In this document: positions 61,038 to 64,000 of the stretch, in pieces | How positions within the stretch are numbered: position 1 is the stretch's first letter | Layout: the number at the start of each line of letters is the position of its first letter | Assembly: GCF_036321535.1 (NCBI RefSeq) | Contig: NC_087436.1 | Coordinates: forward strand, 36,892,001 to 36,956,000 | Direction: 5' to 3' | Length of the DNA: 64,000 nt | Source: Camelus dromedarius | Lineage: Eukaryota | Notes under the pieces: generated by a model | Told to the model about the DNA's origin: nothing | Database searches by the model: none | The model's input: only the letters and a program-made list of their open reading frames with translations | Position numbers and translations under genes: made by a program

Positions 61038-62469
61038 ACACAGTTCAGTCCATAGCAGTCAGATACTACCGGCCATCCATATCAGCCATGAAGGAGATTG
61101 CACATGGCACTTGTAGAGCAATTGATTTAGGTCAGTGGTATTCCAATGCTTTTACCAGAAAGAAGGCTCTACCTAAAGTACCCTTGCAGTTCTGAATGAG
61201 TTGACTCATTGGATGGGGATCTACAGGTAAGAAAAGATCTGGCAAAATGATTTTAGTTTTAGCATCATTAAAGTTGAGCATCCTTTCCCATTCACCCTCA
61301 CTCCTTCCTTATTTCTCATGTTGGAAGAGATGCATTGTCAAGACCAGCTGAGATTTAGGCCATGTTTATGCATTGTGGATGAATTGAATGTGACTCATAC
61401 CATTTTATCAGTCCAGATTAATGAAGTTTATCTTGATACTGTAAGGAAAATTTTATAAAAAAGACTCTTCTTATGTGGATTCACCATGAAGACAAGCAGC
61501 ATGGTCAATGCTTTTATTCTGAAATAGCAGTATAATTTGTTCTAATTAAGAAATCTGACTTTACACTTAACTCAGTGTTAGAATCTTTTCAAGACAAAAT
61601 CAAAATGACTCATGTGACTTGCGTTGTATAGTACTAATCCCACATTTCAGCTTGAATACACAAAATGAAGGTATAGTTTCCAAAAGAAGAAGAAATTCTA
61701 AGAAAAAACTTTAAAATACTAAAAAATGCAAAGAAGAAATTCAGGAAAGAGTAATTTCCTAATATTTTGAGATCACATTCTTTTGGAGGAAAAGGTGATG
61801 TTTTTATAAGTGATTTTCTTTGTATGTAGCAATCTTAGATAAAAATCCCTATTCCATTAAGATGTGACACTTTAATAATGAGTTTATTTCCCCAAAGATA
61901 ACTCATCTGAGATTCATTGGAATTCTGCAGATATGTATATTCTGCATATATATTCTCTACTTATAGATAATGTCAGTATATCATCAGTGGTTAAGCACAA
62001 AATTCATCATATGGAAATTATACCCAATTGAACAGTACCAATGTGCAGCTTAGTAGCAATTAAGCTACTAATATAACAAGTGAGTACTCACTTATTATAA
62101 TAAGAATATTTTAAAGATTTTTTAAAAACTCTTGTCACAGCGTTCGGTCTTAAAACAAAGTTCTCTTCTATACAGTCCAGTGAATACTATTTCCCAGTTC
62201 TTGTTTACCTAAAAATCGTCATTATACCAACAAAGACACGCACACAACACATGCTTCCACCCAACCTTGCACCTCCTAGTCTCCCACACACAGCACACAC
62301 TTTACACACTTCACTCTGCACACAACTCTACACACCACACCTATTAATAATAGTCAAGACACATGGCCTTTGTTTAGCTTCAGAAAGATTATGATGTAAT
62401 GGTTGCCAATATGTACCTATATTTTTAAAAATTTTTGTCAACTAAGGGATTACAATTTTTTAAAATTTA

Positions 62470-62760
62470 AAGATGATTTTATTTTTTAATAAAAATACTC
62501 AAACTATGGTTAAAACTATTCAAAATGTATAAAAGGGTATAAGTGAAAAGTAAAAATCTCCTTCCTCTGTGACTCCTCAGTCTCACTCCCCAGAGCCCCA
62601 AGTACAAATACAATGAAAAGCTTCTTATATTGCTTTCTAGAAATTTCTACGTATACATGTGTATCTGTACATATATGTATGGCTATGTATTCATAGAAAT
62701 GTGTGTGTATATATGAATACTAAATTTAATTTTTAAAAGTTGATCACCTACACTAGTTGA
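62470..62760 (-). mobile_element. L1ME-type 3' end fragment
   Basis: AAAAGGGTATAAGTGAAAAGTAAAAATCTCCTTCC...CTCCCCAGAG...TTCTTATATTGCTTTCTAGAAAT. Confidence 0.55.
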
Positions 62761-63766
62761 GCAGTTAGAATGGGGGCTAGTCACAGCACTCCCTGTCCTT
62801 GGACAAGTTAACAAGCTTGTGTGAGGACTTCTTTGGTTTCCTGACCCCTGTAGGTTTGCTGGCCATGCCTTGGTCTCTATCTGGGAGACCTCTGCCTGTG
62901 GCTTCAGTGCTTCTCTCTTAGTTTGGGGCCCACAGGGCTGAGAACTGAGTGGGCACTGGTAACCACCTCTGAGTCCTCCTGCTAGAGATGTCCCTACTGT
63001 CCACGCCCAGACCCCCGGGGAGGCCAGTGTCCTCTCTAGTTAGTTTTGAACCCCTGACTATGTGAATATCCTTCTGTCAATGGTAGAAGTTATTTCTGGA
63101 ATATATATTATAGAAGGAAAGCTCTCCCCACCCCAGCCTTTCACTTTCAATTTGTAACTTTTATTTGTTCTTATTCAAAAGTCAGTAATGTGAAAAGAGC
63201 TTAACTGGTACCTTTGGTTTAACTCATGCAAAAACCAAAAATCACATTTTTTTAAGGGAAGTTATCTTAAGCATTTCAGTCAGCAAGAATGTTAGAACTG
63301 GGTAAAGATGCAGATGTGTACTTATAATAATAACCACTGAAATAATAAAAATAATCTATTAAAATTATATTGTTTATCTAGCATCATTTTTCAGAGACTC
63401 AGAATTTTAAAAAAGCTTTTTATTCATGAGCTCACAAGGAAAATCTGGAGCCCTTTATAAATTTCCATTTTACACTTGGGATAAGGAGGCCCAGGGAAAT
63501 GAAATTATTTACCCAGCATCACAGAAATTAAAATGTGAACTCAAATTGCTGTACACATCAATTAATGACATGACTTTCATAATGCAGCTAAATCTCAGCT
63601 AACATGGTTGGTGTTAGGATTTCAGTGTACACTATTCTGGATGTACAGTTGCTTTATTCACAAAGTAATACTAGTGCTTTTTAAACCATAAATCATACCA
63701 TCTTCTTTTAGTACAAAGAGGCAATTATATAATATTGGTAATTAAACAACTCTTATAACAAAAGCC

Positions 63767-63898
63767 AATTATTTCCAAGAATATAATTATTTCCAAGAAT
63801 ATAAATCTAGATACAATTATTCATTTCCAAGAATATAAATATTATTTCCAAGAATATAAATTATTCCCAATTACTTCCAAGAAAATAAATCTAGATAC
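63767..63898 (+). repeat. Imperfect tandem repeat, ~18-nt unit AATTATTTCCAAGAATAT with two AAATCTAGATAC spacers
   Basis: Five copies of TTCCAAGAA at 63773, 63791, 63825, 63846 and 63875. Confidence 0.9.
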
Positions 63899-64000
63899 TC
63901 TGATTTTATAATTGCTAAATCTTGTCTGTGTCATTGAAAAACTGAATCTTGTAAGTTTTTCGTAAGGGGGCTGGGAGGAGGATACCCTCAAGTGAAAAAG

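Larger units (their letters stand above)
44839..64000 (+). other. TRPC3: TRPC3 intron 1 (partial)
   Basis: Starts at GTGAGT donor; no sequence encoding the expected next segment (SMEGSPSLRRM...) was seen before the window end; repeat-rich. Confidence 0.8.

Noticed and set aside
63767..63898. CRISPR-like repeat-spacer array
   Set aside because: Mammalian intron, irregular units, repeated rather than unique spacers, no cas genes; ordinary tandem duplication.

Overview
Mammalian genomic DNA, most likely camelid (alpaca/llama/camel), judged from five copies of a tRNA-Ala(AGC)-derived SINE of the Vic-1 type. About 44 kb of repeat-rich intergenic sequence is followed by a CpG island (~44230-46090) holding the promoter and first coding exon of the long isoform of TRPC3 (+ strand, CDS 44624-44838, GT donor at 44839). 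The last ~19 kb is TRPC3 intron 1; exon 2 is not in the window. No other protein-coding gene is supported, and the other listed ORFs are repeat-derived or chance. Most notable observations: (1) a MER41-like ERV RNA apparently retroposed by L1 machinery (env tail + U3-R + A-tail remnant + perfect 15-bp TSD) that carries overlapping STAT/NF-kB/Sp1 motifs 18 kb upstream of TRPC3; (2) a local tandem amplification in intron 1 creating five perfect TTCCAAGAA (STAT5-type GAS) sites; (3) uORFs, (CGG)8 and a G4 motif around the TRPC3 5' end; (4) candidate CTCF and RFX/NF-Y modules; (5) well-resolved nested transposon insertions. Repeat family names come from recalled consensus sequences, not a database run, and boundaries of old repeats are approximate.
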